Origin: Tubiluchus corallicola | Taxonomy: Eukaryota; Animalia; Priapulida | Assembly: GCA_030141605.1 (NCBI GenBank) | Contig: JAQGDQ010000228.1 | Coordinates: 248,001 to 312,000 of the forward strand | DNA length: 64,000 bases | Direction: 5' to 3' | Shown here: positions 15,248 to 28,033 of the stretch, one piece after another | Layout: every line of letters begins with the position of its first letter | Position numbering within the stretch: position 1 is the first letter of the stretch | Position numbers and translations under genes: made by a program | The notes under the pieces: model-generated | Told to the model about the DNA's origin: nothing | Database searches by the model: none | Seen by the model: the letters and a program-made list of their open reading frames with translations, nothing else

Positions 15248-16149
15248 ATGTATACACATACGTACATAGATGCAGAATATAGATAATATGGTTATGTATG
15301 ATAATATTATGTGTATAATTTACATGTACGTGCACACTGTTGTATACATATAATTAAAATTTCAGTGCTTTGTTAAGAAAAAACTGCTATATTTATGACA
15401 ATAATAGTGTCAAAAAATATCAAAATGGATAAATAAATAAAATAAATGAATAAACGAATAAATAAAATAATTAAACAGAAAAAAATTATTTCATTTGGCT
15501 GAAAGCTGGATAGATGGCGCAAGTTGCGTTGAGAGCGAAAAACAATAATCAACAGATCAACAATAATCAATAAACAATCTAAAACATACGTGAACAAATT
15601 TTTAAAATACAAGTAATGAGTACTGTATTTACAAAATCCATTGCTTTATCATATTTGTATTTTACGTTTTAAATAAAACCGAAGTTAAAACAATAGTATT
15701 AGATATTAGAGAGAAAAAAGCGGGATCTAAAAAAAGCCTTTAACAATTAAAAAAAGCGGGATCTCTAATTGGCATCTTAGCCACTAGAAAAAAGAGCAAC
15801 ATCAAATTATTAATTTCGTGTAGCCTTACATGGAATATATCAATATTTATTTCTCAAATAATTTTGTTTATAAGTGCAGAGCAGAAGTGTGTTACTGGTG
15901 GTATACTTAAACCAAGCCTCCGTTATTTCAATAAATGTTTTAATAGATGGTTCAGTATTTGCTTAAAATGTTTTAGTAAATTACTTTGAAATAAATGTAC
16001 AACCGCCACTAGTGTGATTACTTTTAAACTGACTCTAAGTTGCGTGAAATGCAAAATAAACCTGAACAATTAAAGCTGCTGCAGTTTATGTTTCTTTGTT
16101 TTTTGTCGATAGGTGCCACTGCATTGTGTATAACGTTGTATGTGCCTAC

Positions 16150-16460
16150 TGTTGCTAGCATTGTTGCAATGTTGGTGTCACCATCTACTATTATTGCTAG
16201 ATTATTACTGAGCAGAATTAAACAGAATTTCCGGACCGTTGTTGTCAATAGATGTCACTACCTTATGTATAATTGACTGGTGCTAGCATTGTCTACAGCG
16301 CTGGTGTCGCCATCTACTATTATTGCTAGATTATTACTTATTGTAGAATTAAATAGAACTTACTGACCGATATTGTCAATAGATGTCATTACCTTACAAG
16401 GAACGTACTGGTGCTAGCATTGTTTACAGCGCTGGCGTTGCCATCTCCTCCCTACCATTG
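16150..16460. repeat. Diverged tandem repeat, about 130-bp unit, about 2.4 copies
   Basis: TGCTAGCATTGT..CCATCT recurs at about 16153, 16281 and 16412; the first two units also share ACTATTATTGCTAGATTATTACT..TGTCAATAGATGTCA. Confidence 0.85.
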
Positions 16461-17676
16461 TTAGATTGCTACTCAACAGCATAGACTGTATGATAAATTT
16501 GCAAGATTAACGCGCGCTCTGTAGGTTCAGTTTTACTGCTTTTGAAAGCCGGGACAAATCAACCCTCGCTGCTCAAGTGTCTGAATATCAACAGTTCACT
16601 TCAGACACAACAAAAATAATTCGTCTCCACTAAACATGTGCGAGCTAGAATCAGTTTGATAAAAATGCTCAACTCTATTTTGGGAGCGCTAAAGTTCAAC
16701 TTTAAAATGAATTTAAAACTAGAGTTAGAGGGAACGTTTCCTAAGCGATAATTAGAAGCGCAAAATGACATTATTATTAATACAAGTCTGGCTGGTGTAG
16801 AATTTAGCCGAAAATTGCAGTTAGTAATTTGTTAAAGTATCACCGCTACTCATGCTGCTTCTTTCCTTGCTACTAGATGGCACCACATACTATGTATAAT
16901 GTGCCAGGCTTAAAAATGTTTGCTGCGCTGGTGTTGCAAAATTAATAACAAATAGGCCTACACAATTAACTAGTATCCTTAAAGATGTGCATCTTTAAAA
17001 ATGTGCATAATTAATTTTTGCTAAATTGTTACACCTTTCATTAGGCCTAGAAACGAGCACATCTTTAAAGAAACACTAGTCATTAATATGTTGGTTATTA
17101 ATGCATTATGTATATTTATGTATATCCAACATGCATATGCTTCCATAATCTGTGTCAATGATATGTTTATTTTCTATACAGTTTATCCGATAAACCATAT
17201 TCTGATTTTCCAAGCACAACATTTAGAGAAAGGTTGCCATCCTTCTTTCATGCCTCTGTTTTCTGCACAGTAATGAGAGCAGTATAAATCTCACTGCCCA
17301 TTTTCTCCTATATGTCAACGGTTTGCTATCTGGTTTTTGTATAAATATTATACAATTTTTTTTATTTTGCATTATTTTATTAAAATTATAATATTTTATT
17401 TTGACGTTTCGAGATTCTCGAATCTCTTTTTTAAACATTACAACTGCAACATAATTAGAATAAAAAAATTACAGTGTGATAAGATTAAAGTAATAACATA
17501 GATTACTATGCCTTGGTGCACTATCATAATAGTGAACTATTTTATCATTAGTTTTTTGTTTTATTTGTATTTTTATTTTGCTTTTTACAAACCACGTAAA
17601 TCAATATTTGTATAAAAATTATAAAAACATGCTTTACTAAAGTTATACTTTGGTAAAGCACATTTTTGAAAATTAC

Positions 17677-17734
17677 CTTTCTGTATGACAGGCCCTCTAT
17701 GAACGTCTTCAGAAACAGAAACGTTGCTTTGGGT
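17677..17734 (-). CDS. rn: rotund-like gene, 58-nt coding exon 2
   Basis: Strong acceptor ctttttttatttgcag| and donor AAAG|gtaatt. Open frame TQSNVSVSEDVHRGPVIQK. Its phases (0 in, 1 out) exactly bridge the flanking exons. Confidence 0.75.
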
Positions 17735-18270
17735 CTGCAAATAAAAAAAGTGAACACTTGATTCTAATAAAAAATTACTGTCAGAAGTGGAATAATCTGC
17801 ACAACAATTGCAAAATTTAAAAATGTTACTTGCTGTCATTTGTCTGTTCAAAAGGTGACTATGCAATATAAAACACTAAAGGAAGAAGTGTCATGTTACT
17901 AAGTAGCTGCATTTGCAACATCTTAAAATAACAATAGGAATATCTGACAATTCCATATAGAGACATAAACATAATCATAAAGCAGATTTTATACAGGCTA
18001 TGCTATTTTGATGATCTCCAAACCATGATCCAAGCACTCACTTGCTTGGCTTACTTATTCTAGATGATTGTGAAAACAGCAGTACGAACTCACTATTGAA
18101 GACAGTCCTCTGAGCTGAAACATTGAATTAGCAGAGGTGTCATAGGCTCCCTCAGACTTATACAAACACGTACCTCTCAATTATTGCAAGCAAGTGGAAC
18201 TACTCTAAAACACAGCTTTTTCTTGTGCTTATTCACCCATTTACTAATAAGTATAGCTTTGCTTAAACTT

Positions 18271-18660
18271 GTAATGTAATGCAATGTAAAGTTTATTTGT
18301 ATAGTGCACTACATTATTTAAAATCTCAATAAGCTGAACAGTAAAATTAACAAGATGCATTTAAATTTCAAATACAAAAAAATTAAGAAATTAATTCATC
18401 ATGAAAATTACAATCTAAACAATTGTGTTTTAAGATCTCGTTTAAGGATGTAACAAGTTTGCAGATCCTACAGCTACAGGTAAGTTATTCCAGTGACGTG
18501 GAGCACAGAGACAAAAAACCTTTTTCGCCACAGCATGCGCTGTATTTGGAACTGGTAGATATAGCAGCAGAACGAAGTGTTGGATCTATGTTAGGGCATA
18601 TGAAAGATCTGAGACGTGCCTGTGCCAAACCATTTAGTATCTTGTAGATGACACAAAGAA
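18271..18660 (-). mobile_element. L2-like LINE 3' fragment
   Basis: Minus strand gives a degenerate ORF2 C-terminus (..PRHWNNLP..), then AATAAA and a short (ACATT)n tail. Confidence 0.65.
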
Positions 18661-20221
18661 GAAAGACTACACTTTATCGGCTTGCAATTGAATTTATACA
18701 ACGATCATTTTGGCACAAAAGTTTACAAAATGCCAAGAAATGCAAAAAGCGATTATATTATGTTACCACAAATTGACAAAAATTTACTAAGGAAAAATCT
18801 AAATTTAAGGTCAGCTAATTCCAATTCATAATATTCATGTATGTGTTTTGATGTTTTCAAATAGACTTTTCAATGAAACGTCAAATCCAACATGTGTTTC
18901 CTGCACAGATACTTGATTACTTTTCTTCACTGTAGTTAACAACTGTCCTGCTATTTTGTTACTGTAGGCAATAACCATGGCAGACTCCACGAACAAGTTG
19001 TTTATAATATTTATGAAGTGGCCTTGGCTGAATTAAATGCTTTTGTTTTCTATCTTACTTCTAGCAAAGGTTTCTAAATTCAATAAATAAATTCAAACAT
19101 TGATTCTAAAAGCTCAAGTTTTTAGCATCTTACAAAAACTCTGGTAGCTAATTTGGCACTCTGGTAAACTCCGGCATTCATTTCAGAAATATCAAAGTGA
19201 ACTGTTTATTGTTTTATGAACGATTAGTGATCGCGGGTTCACTAGTTCTCAAAATAGTAACAATGCGCATTGTTTTCAGGGAAGCTATGCTTATAGGTAT
19301 CAGCAGGCGACAATGGTATTCATAGCGAGAACACCAAAATTTATTCGTACAGTCATATCTGCGAGCTAGGACTGGGATAATCATCATTACCCAAGTAAAA
19401 TTCTCATCACATGATAAACTTGTACGCACTAGCAAGTTTTTTATTGTCCACTTTTAATAATTTGTAACGAAAAATCTTCCAAAAAACGTCTCTTCCAGTG
19501 TTCGTCGTTTTGTCTTAATCAGTATCAAACACCTTTATTGGTAATGCATTATTTTCAAACTCAGAGAACGGTTTCTCTGTTTAATTAGAGTGAAAGATGT
19601 ACAGTAAGGAATTGCCCCGTATGCCGCTATTGGCATTCTATGAAAACTCCCCAAGAGGCCTTTCACATAATTTTTACCTGAAAGCTACAGTTACTGTTGG
19701 GGGAGCTGGGTTACAGTTAGCTAGAAAAAGGATCTAAATCAAAACAGATAATTCGCTTGATCCTTGTTTCTTATACATCAGATACCCACTAAATTTTGAG
19801 AAAAGTGGTTTAGCTTGCAAATAACATGGTATAAAAGTAAACTTGCCCCGATGAAACCAAAATGGTACCTAGTCTAAACAGTATATGAGTCAAAATTATC
19901 TGCGTGTGTCAATAGTCTATATGTGTCCAACTAATGTTCTATAAAATGACAATATATTAGGTTTAATTTATCTATAATCCCAATTTCTATATTATACTAA
20001 TTAGCAATGCAATTAAATTTTAGAATCAAACATGGCTGAAACAAAAAAAAGATCGAAAAAGTCTAGATTGAACTTGAATTTAATCTATAAACTGACTCAG
20101 TATATCTAGGTGACCTATAGGCCCATGTCAAATTTACGTGTATTCTGTAGAAGAATCCTGTATACAGTATCATGTACGTACAGGACTTGCGTTCCCAAAA
20201 TTACGTTATGTAAATATTAGT

Positions 20222-20665
20222 GTACAAAATACCCAGTGTCCAAATGTCCAGAACACTCAGTGTTTAAAAACACGGCTTATATGTCAAAATAATTCAATTG
20301 TCCAAATTATCTTGTGTCCAAATGACCTTTGTGTTCAATCCTGCCTGTGTCCAAATAACCTTTGCCCAAAGTCCTGTAGTGTAGATACCCTAGTGCCCAA
20401 ATGTCCTATGGCCAAATTAGATTTTATCCAATGACCCTATGTGTCCAAAATACCCAGTGTCCAAATGTCCAGAACACTTAGTGTTTAAATATATGGCTTA
20501 TATGTCAAAATAATTTAATTGTCCAAATTATCTTGTGTCCAAATGACCTATGTGTCCAACCTGCTTGTGTCCAAATAATCAATGTGTCCAATAGCCAGTA
20601 TGTCCAAAATATGTTGAAATAATTTGTGCCTAAAACCACTGTGTCCAAAAGCCCTATAAGCCAAA
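20222..20665. repeat. TGTCCAAA-rich minisatellite with a 221-bp-period direct duplication
   Basis: About 105 bp near-identical at 20225 and 20446 (CAAAATACCCAGTGTCCAAATGTCCAGAACAC..), with TGTCCAAA variants roughly every 15 bp. Confidence 0.85.
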
Positions 20666-20738
20666 ATGTCATTTAAATCAAACTCATTCTTTAAAAATTC
20701 AACAAACTTTGAAACAATTTTGCCGTTTCTTAGCATAC

Positions 20739-21056
20739 CTGAGATTCGTCAAAACCATGACATCCAACAATAGACGAAGTAACGTAATTTACAAACTCTG
20801 AATTATTATTTAAAGAAATGTACTCTGGCTGTACCACATCTAGCCCAGGCAGCCGTTGAAAGTCTCGACCGCAAAGAGCGGTAGAAAATGGAGGTAACTG
20901 ACACGATGCTTGATCGACTATACATCCATATGGACTTGGCATTTCCATTTTTACTGGAGACTGCAGTTCAGAGGTTAGTGGAGTCGACTGAAGCAACATA
21001 TTGCCGTTATAGTTTAATCTCACTTGTTCACTGCTCGGGACACTACATGACCACAT
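20739..21056 (-). CDS. rn: rotund-like gene, putative first coding exon
   Basis: 106 open codons from ATG 21056 with an in-frame TGA shortly upstream. Donor CAG|gtatgc (phase 0). Ser/Pro/Gln-rich peptide (..SPVKMEMPSPY..QLPPFST..). Phase is compatible with the downstream exons. Confidence 0.7.
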
Positions 21057-22705
21057 CTTGCAGATTAAATGCTTTCAGAACGTTGATAACAGCAGGTGGC
21101 AACGATCTTCTTTTCCTGCGCTTTAAATGTTATATACTTACGCCAGCACTGTTTTATAGAATGTCATATCTACTAAAATGATACACATATACATGTAAAA
21201 CAGGGCGATGATAAAAACAATGCCAGTGTTTGGCAGAGAACGTTATCAGTGGAATATATCCCACACATTCGCAGTGTCCTCGTTTGGTTTGAGGTTCCAT
21301 GACGATGGCAGCTGAAGGCTTTTCGGTTTTAAAAATTATTGTAACCGTATCTGCCGAACAGCAGTACCAATCACTCAATTATACTTAATTTTGTTTCACA
21401 GACTCAAACTGTACTGTAATAATGAAATCCAGACAGAACTCATTTCCCACGTGCAGCTAGGGTGAAACATCTGAGGCAAATGAGTCAAGTTCTCATCAGC
21501 TACGCCCAGTTTATCAAATGAATTCTATGTAATTTATTAAAGTATGCTTCACCTTTCGTCACGTAACTGTACACCGTTAGCCATAAACAATAGCATGTCA
21601 TTACAGACATGTCAAGAGTTGGCTGGGCGTACTGCTTGCGTAGGTAGTAGAATTTGACATTTTCTCACTAGACTTAAAGTAATTGGGACGGAGAGAGTTT
21701 CAATTGCTGGATCTACATTATTAGGAAACGTGATATTTTTACCCACGCTGGTTGTTTAGATGAAATTGAAACGGACGAAATTAAACACTTACTACATTCC
21801 AGGATAGATCTGGACAATACATGGAAACTCATTGCTTTTTTATTCAGAAGGTCAACGATTAAGATCAAAAGGTCAAAACTTGTCAAAATAAATTTTTCAC
21901 GTAACGACGTTATATATGAGGGCATAGTCTCCTCTGATGCGTGCCCTCTAGTTATCAAAGATTTAGGAGTCTGTCTAGCAAGATAAATTAATGTCAGTTG
22001 ACCGATAACGCCACATTATAGTTGCGTAGAAGACTCTGTTACTACCTGAGTACTAAAATCAGTTCTTGGGTAAGGATGGCCAAAAAACAAAGATGTTTGA
22101 CTGTACATCAGATTTCAATCGCAAGCAATGGTTACCGGCGTTCTGTCAATCTTTAAAACGACTTGCATTAATTTATCTAAACGTGTAGTTTTTGCTTATC
22201 TTAAACGCCAATTAAAATCAAAACCAGTCATATAGAATTACATTGCTGGCTGATTTTTTTTCTATATTAATTCTGTGTTAGCGCATGCGCGTTTTCCAGC
22301 TTAGTTTCTACGCTGTCATGACTAGGTTAATAAGATCTCAAACTGCGGCTGCAGTGAAAATGTTAACAAATGGTAACTATTAAAAATTTGTTTCGCAGTG
22401 ATAAAAAACATAAAGAATCGCAAGACCTGTTGTCCTTGCTGTTGGGATTTGAAAATTTTAGCAAAGAAGTTTCCCAGAAAGCGAAAGTGAAACTAAACGG
22501 TCTGCATGAATTTTTTACTGGTAATTTTGTAAACTTCATTTGTTGTCTAAACTAAATTCGTAGTTCTACTAACTATGTTTCGGCTCTTCTTTTCCTAGTG
22601 AAAATACTTTTTTAAGATCATGAGTGATGTTTGTGATTCTCAGCACCAGTGTAAACTCCTCAAACAGATAATCAACTAAAATAAAACTGGTGACATTTTA
22701 ATATA

Positions 22706-22797
22706 GGGTAAATGGACTAATGTCGGACAATGAGATATAGTCATACACATAGAAACCTGAAAAAGCCATTTTTGTCCGACATTAGCCCATTTTACCC
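22706..22797. mobile_element. 92-bp MITE (Tc1/pogo-type, TA target)
   Basis: TA|GGGTAAATGGACTAATGTCGGACAA ... TTGTCCGACATTAGCCCATTTTACCC|TA: about 25-bp TIRs with one mismatch and one indel. Confidence 0.8.
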
Positions 22798-24416
22798 TAC
22801 GTCTAGGATACCAACGTGATTAGTTAAATATGGCTTAATTATTGCACATTAACAGGTGTCTGATAAGAACAGATACCTACGTCTTGACTTGGCTTATCAT
22901 TTCTAATTAATCAATTTCATATGATTTTAGCTCAGCTTTTGTGAAATTATGAAGTACCTGCAAATAGATTATTATTATTCTGAAAAGTTGGTTCCACGTC
23001 AAAACGTCGCAGTCGTCATTTAGACGTCGATCTCACATCTATACAAATTTCAAACTGAGTGAACACTTACTTGCTAATTAATTCACGTCAAATCGAATTT
23101 AAAGTGTTCGTGGGTAGAACAAGTTCTGATTTTTAATTAGAATGAGATGGTGTGCCACAAAAGAGTTTGGCGATTAAATTCCAGACCAATTAAGATGGTG
23201 CCACATTGTCGATATTGATTTGATGTTGTATACCGAAGAACAAGCAAACGTATATGCAGGTATTCGTCATTTGTTTGCATAGTTATTTGAATGAAAGTCA
23301 AGTATCGTAGACCTAGAAAACAGCACACATTCCGTTAAATTTTTATCACAGACTCGTATACGCCAGTAGGTTAACAAGTTTGGTTATCAGTTTAGTAACT
23401 TTAGTTATTCTGTTCTTATGTAAGGGACAACTTTTAACAAAGCATTTTCTGTCCAGTCTAGGTTTGAGTATGAAAAATTGTCAAATTTTGTCGCTCTTAA
23501 TGGCTTTCGGCGGTCTGAGCTCTTGCGTTAAGTGCACCAGCAGGTTGCAGGACTTAGATGATTACCATTGATTAGTTAAGTCTTAGTAATTTAAGCACTC
23601 GACACACCGGTCGCTAATTGCAGCCTGTTTGAAGCCAGCTGTGTGACTGTGTCAAAAACATTGTAAAGAAATGAGTGAAAACACGCCTCAAGTAAGAACG
23701 TGTAATTGAAATTGACAATAAGTCAAATTGCTGACATTAGCTGAGTTGGACATATTGATTTACTGCCAGGCTATACATGTACTTAATGCTGATCTCAAAC
23801 TGCAAAGCTACAGTATTGTCTCTTTCCCTCTGAGGTATACTATAACAAAGGCGCAAGATGAACAATTTTTCAAAGACATTGTACACGATTTATAAGACCA
23901 TTGTAACATCATGTACCATGTTCTGATACAAAATTGCGATGGTATACTGAGCAGATGTAATGAAAATTAGGGAACGTGACTTTTATGGTATCTAAGTAAT
24001 CAGAAAGTACAGAAAATCAAATTCCCAGATAAAAAAGTAGATTTACAAGCAAGTATCATAGATTGTCCAAGTAGATATAGTCGAAGTAGGGGTAAGATGT
24101 GCCTCTTTATTCATGTGTCCATTCATAACCCCCATTTGGATAATTCTGGGAATCGAATAACTTAGCCTTTGAAATATGCAGAGAAGTTATCCCTGTTTTG
24201 GGGTTAGAAGGCCAAATGTTAAGGTCAAACAGCGATTTGATGCATTTTTCATGTTTATTCACATCATATCTCATTAGTAAATGAGTGAAGCGGAACCAAA
24301 ATTAGTAGAAGCTTCTGTTATCAACATGCCTGTAACAAATGTCAGAGCTGCTGTACTTTTGATGTCAAAAGGTCAGAGCTCAGTGTCAGAGATCAATGTC
24401 TTACTGCAAGCAAAGC

Positions 24417-24790
24417 AGTAGGTAGGTCGGCAGGTAGGTAGGTAGGTAGGTAGGTAGGTAGGTAGGTAGGTAGGTAGGTAGGTAGGTAGGTAGGTAGGCA
24501 GGTTGGTAGGTAGGCAAGCAGGCAGGCAGGAAAGCAAACAAGTAAGAAAGAAAGAAAGAAAGTGAATGAGTGAGTAAGTTAGTAAGTAAGTAAGAAGAAA
24601 GTGAGCAAGCAAATCGTTTCCAAGTAAAGAGGAAAAAACGTAAATAATCGTAGTAAACATGCAAATAAATAAACAATAAAATGGCTAAATAAGAAGCAAA
24701 TGTACGTAAATAGGTATGATATAAGTAAACAAACAAGTAAACGAGTAAGTATGCTAGTAAGGATACAACTGATCACGTAAGTAACTAAGC
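24417..24790. repeat. Compound tetranucleotide microsatellite: (GGTA)n grading into GGCA/GAAA/GAGT/AAGT/CAAA
   Basis: Directly visible; 4-bp periodicity is kept while the unit changes. Confidence 0.93.
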
Positions 24791-27525
24791 AAACAAAGTC
24801 GCGGGCCATTGATTCTTGAGCCTCTCACAACCTGCTTTTTCGCAGGTACATGGAAAAGGTACTCTCTTAACAATGTAACGTTAACTTGTTTAATGCGCTC
24901 AGGAAATCGCTTAGTAGAATCGAATACGGGCTGAAATCTACCGTCAAATCGATGTTTAAATCGACTCTGTGGACATAGGTCAGAATCATTTTCTGCATTT
25001 TCAAAAGTTTGGCAGCCTCTGCTGAGTAATTTCGCGTCTAATTATTTTTTCATATTTCTTTACCCAACTTCATAGTAAGTTTGAAGCATATGATTGTCAA
25101 CTGCGTAAATTCAAATGCACACCCGATTTAATGCAAACACACGTAGGCCTAGCTAATCGATTTCGATATTTCAATATTGAACGTGATAATCGATATATGT
25201 TATCGATAACGGTTTCGCATCGCTTGGCTTTCTTATTAGAAGAAAGCTGATTTAAGGCAAATCGAATCCAGTCTTAAACCGTAAGTCAAAACGGTGTACT
25301 ATTTAAAATATTGAAAAGAAACATACTAATTTTTCAAAAATGACTTACGTGAAAGAATTATTACCACACAAAGACAATTTCGCGTTCTAGCCTCTAGTTC
25401 TTCGCTGTTACATGCATTTCGCCATTCGCTAAATTAGATTGGCACTAGCGCCTGCATTTCGCAAACACATTGCACAGACAACAGGTGCTGTAACTCTCAG
25501 TTCAGATGTGTTAGTTTCTGACGAACTGCACACGTTCAACTGCACAGCGGTAAATTTGAAATTTATATTTTTATCTTAAAACATGCCTAGTTTTAGTACA
25601 ACACACTCAATATCTTACAGTAGCACTGTACTTCAATTTTCGCTTTCGCAAACACGGGCCACATGCACGTGGAATATTTTTGCTGTTGAAAATTATGTTT
25701 GCATGTGATGTCATCAATAGTTGGGCTCGCCCGCCGTTAATTAAGTTTTTAATCTACTATTTGATTATCGAAAGCGCTTTTGCAGTATTAATTCTATTAA
25801 AATGTATACTTTTAAGGGACTTGAAGATAGGGTAGTATATGAAAAATCATCCTGTCTTCCTTTAGCAATACTCGTAAGCATTTCTCTTGTCTAGACTTAC
25901 TCGGTGTGTCACACAGGTGTAAAATAAACCAAGCCTTTGTTTCCTTATCTTTCATCGTTCGATCTTTTAATTCACAGTGAACACAACGACTTTCTTATTT
26001 ACCTATAATGGCTCACAAATTGCCTTTATACTCATAATAATCTATAGCATTTTACTAAAATTATGTAGTTTAATTATAAAATGTTCCTACCTCGTCTGAA
26101 GAAAACATAACATTGCACCAGTTTTTGGTAGTCAGGAGATTTGAAGTCTATCACATCTATGCAGAGTGGAGATTGGAAAGGGGTTTCGAATTTTCGGTAG
26201 TTTACAAATTATGACACACAGTAAAAACAAGCCAGATTCATGATGCCAGCCTGTCCTGGCTGCTCAACAGAGAGAACAAAATGTTCGTTACTATAGCAAC
26301 CGACACAGGAAAATCAAAGTGTTTCAGTTAAAAACTGCTCCAGTATGTGTGAACTGTATTTAAAATAATAACGACTAAGATTTTAGGTTTCATTCTTTTA
26401 CTCACGTTTGCCAGTTGTTAATAGGTATAACATTTATTAGGTAGTCCTCAATACACAGTGCATTAAAAACTGTAGACAGTGCGTAACCCACACACAACAT
26501 TTCTCTCAGCACGTAGAATATTGGCTTCTTGCTGTCTGTCTGAAGGTATTGATCCGAACCATGGCGGAGACGACTGGAATTTCAAATCAGGCCTACTTAT
26601 ATGTTATATATTCTGAGACTTAAATCTAAATTATGCCGTCTGAAAGTCTACCTGTCTCGTTTAAGAACTAAATACGTTTGGACACTGAACGTGATTGATT
26701 ACTATGCGTGAATTAAAAAATGTGAGGCTTGATTGCCCTATCAAAAAAAATCAAGTGCAGAAATCAAACATATCTAAATTTTCTTACAAGAAAAAATGGT
26801 ATTACTTACACGATTGAAAAAATGAAATGCACAGGCTGAGCTGTTGCAGCTGACTAAGCACCAATATCAAGATGCTACTGTTAAATATCTAATGTAAAAA
26901 TATGAAATATGTCGAGAGAAATAGATTCCTACAACTACTCGTAATTTGAATATGAGAAGAGATATCTTCTGATGTTCTTTTTCAATCGACTGAGATTTTA
27001 GTTGACAAGAAAACCATTTTCTGGAACGGAATACCACATATAAGAAGCCCCAGGGAAAACTGGACCAAGGCGCAGCTGTTCTGCACGTAGCAAAATGCAC
27101 GGTAAGACTACGGGAAGCATCAGAAAAACGAGTACTGCAAACAAACTTTCTACGTTTAGGAGTGAGAAGCTTGGCCCCAAATCAGACTCGGCCAAAGAAG
27201 TTGAGGCACAAACTCAGATGGAATTGTAAAAAAAAGGTGTCTTGTGAGCAAAAATATGAAAAAGTTAATTTGAACAATCTGGACATATACAGTCTGGAAA
27301 ACTTACTTGGTCGATAATGTATCCATTTCGCATGTATCTCTGAACCTGAAAAACACAATTACATAAATTACAATGTGGATGTATTCTTATACTTGAGTCA
27401 CATAAGGACTATTTCACTCTCATTTTTTAGTACAAACATGTTCATAACACAAATATACCTTTCTGGTGCAATAAATTACCGTTCCTTGCGACCCTTGATT
27501 TAACTTCTAGAACCCGTAACGTTAT

Positions 27526-27697
27526 GTAAGTAAATAAATGAGTGAGTGAGTGAGGGAGGGTGTGAGTGAGTGAGTGAGTGCGTGAGTGAGTGAGTGAGTG
27601 AGTGAGTGAGTGAGTGAGTGCGTGAGTGCGTGAGTGAGTGAGTGGGTAACTGAGCGAGCGAGCGAGTGAATGAGTAAGTAAGTAAGTAAGTAAGTAG
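27526..27697. repeat. (GAGT)n/(AAGT)n microsatellite adjoining a LINE 3' end
   Basis: Directly visible. Confidence 0.93.
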
Positions 27698-28033
27698 ATA
27701 ATTTATTTGTCTCTAAATTTCTACAGGATAAAGATAAACAAAAGAAATAATATAATAAAAAAGGAAGGAGACAGGGTGGCAAAGAGACTAACGGTCTCCA
27801 GGTCAGCCACTCCTATCCAAATTTAAAGAAAATTAAGTGACCTGTCAAGTAAGTGTACACAAGGAAATAATAATCTACAATTTGAAAATAAAAAAGAAAA
27901 GAAAATAATTTGGCAAAAATTAGCATAAATTGTGCAGATGAGTTTAAAATTAAAAATGGCGCACAATAAATAAATACGCAATGAGATGAAACGAAATTTT
28001 AATTAACAACAAATAAAACCTTTGAATTTAAAT
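27698..28033 (-). mobile_element. 5'-truncated LINE copy (3' UTR only), same family as 50297-52045
   Basis: Clear similarity of 27698-28033 to about 50320-50655, including the GGGTGGC..GAC(T/C)AACGGTC..GTCAGCCAC hairpin block. Confidence 0.75.

Noticed and set aside
18050-18205. Other small exon candidates in rn intron 1
   Set aside because: They contain in-frame stops or do not provide the needed phase change; 17734-17677 fits better.
19214-19435. Possible piggyBac transposase remnant (DRGFTS on the plus strand)
   Set aside because: A single short motif with stops nearby and no TIR or TTAA ends found.
21154-21378. 74-aa minus-strand ORF upstream of rn exon 1
   Set aside because: It ends in a stop before exon 1 and has no recognisable motif; more likely UTR or promoter sequence.
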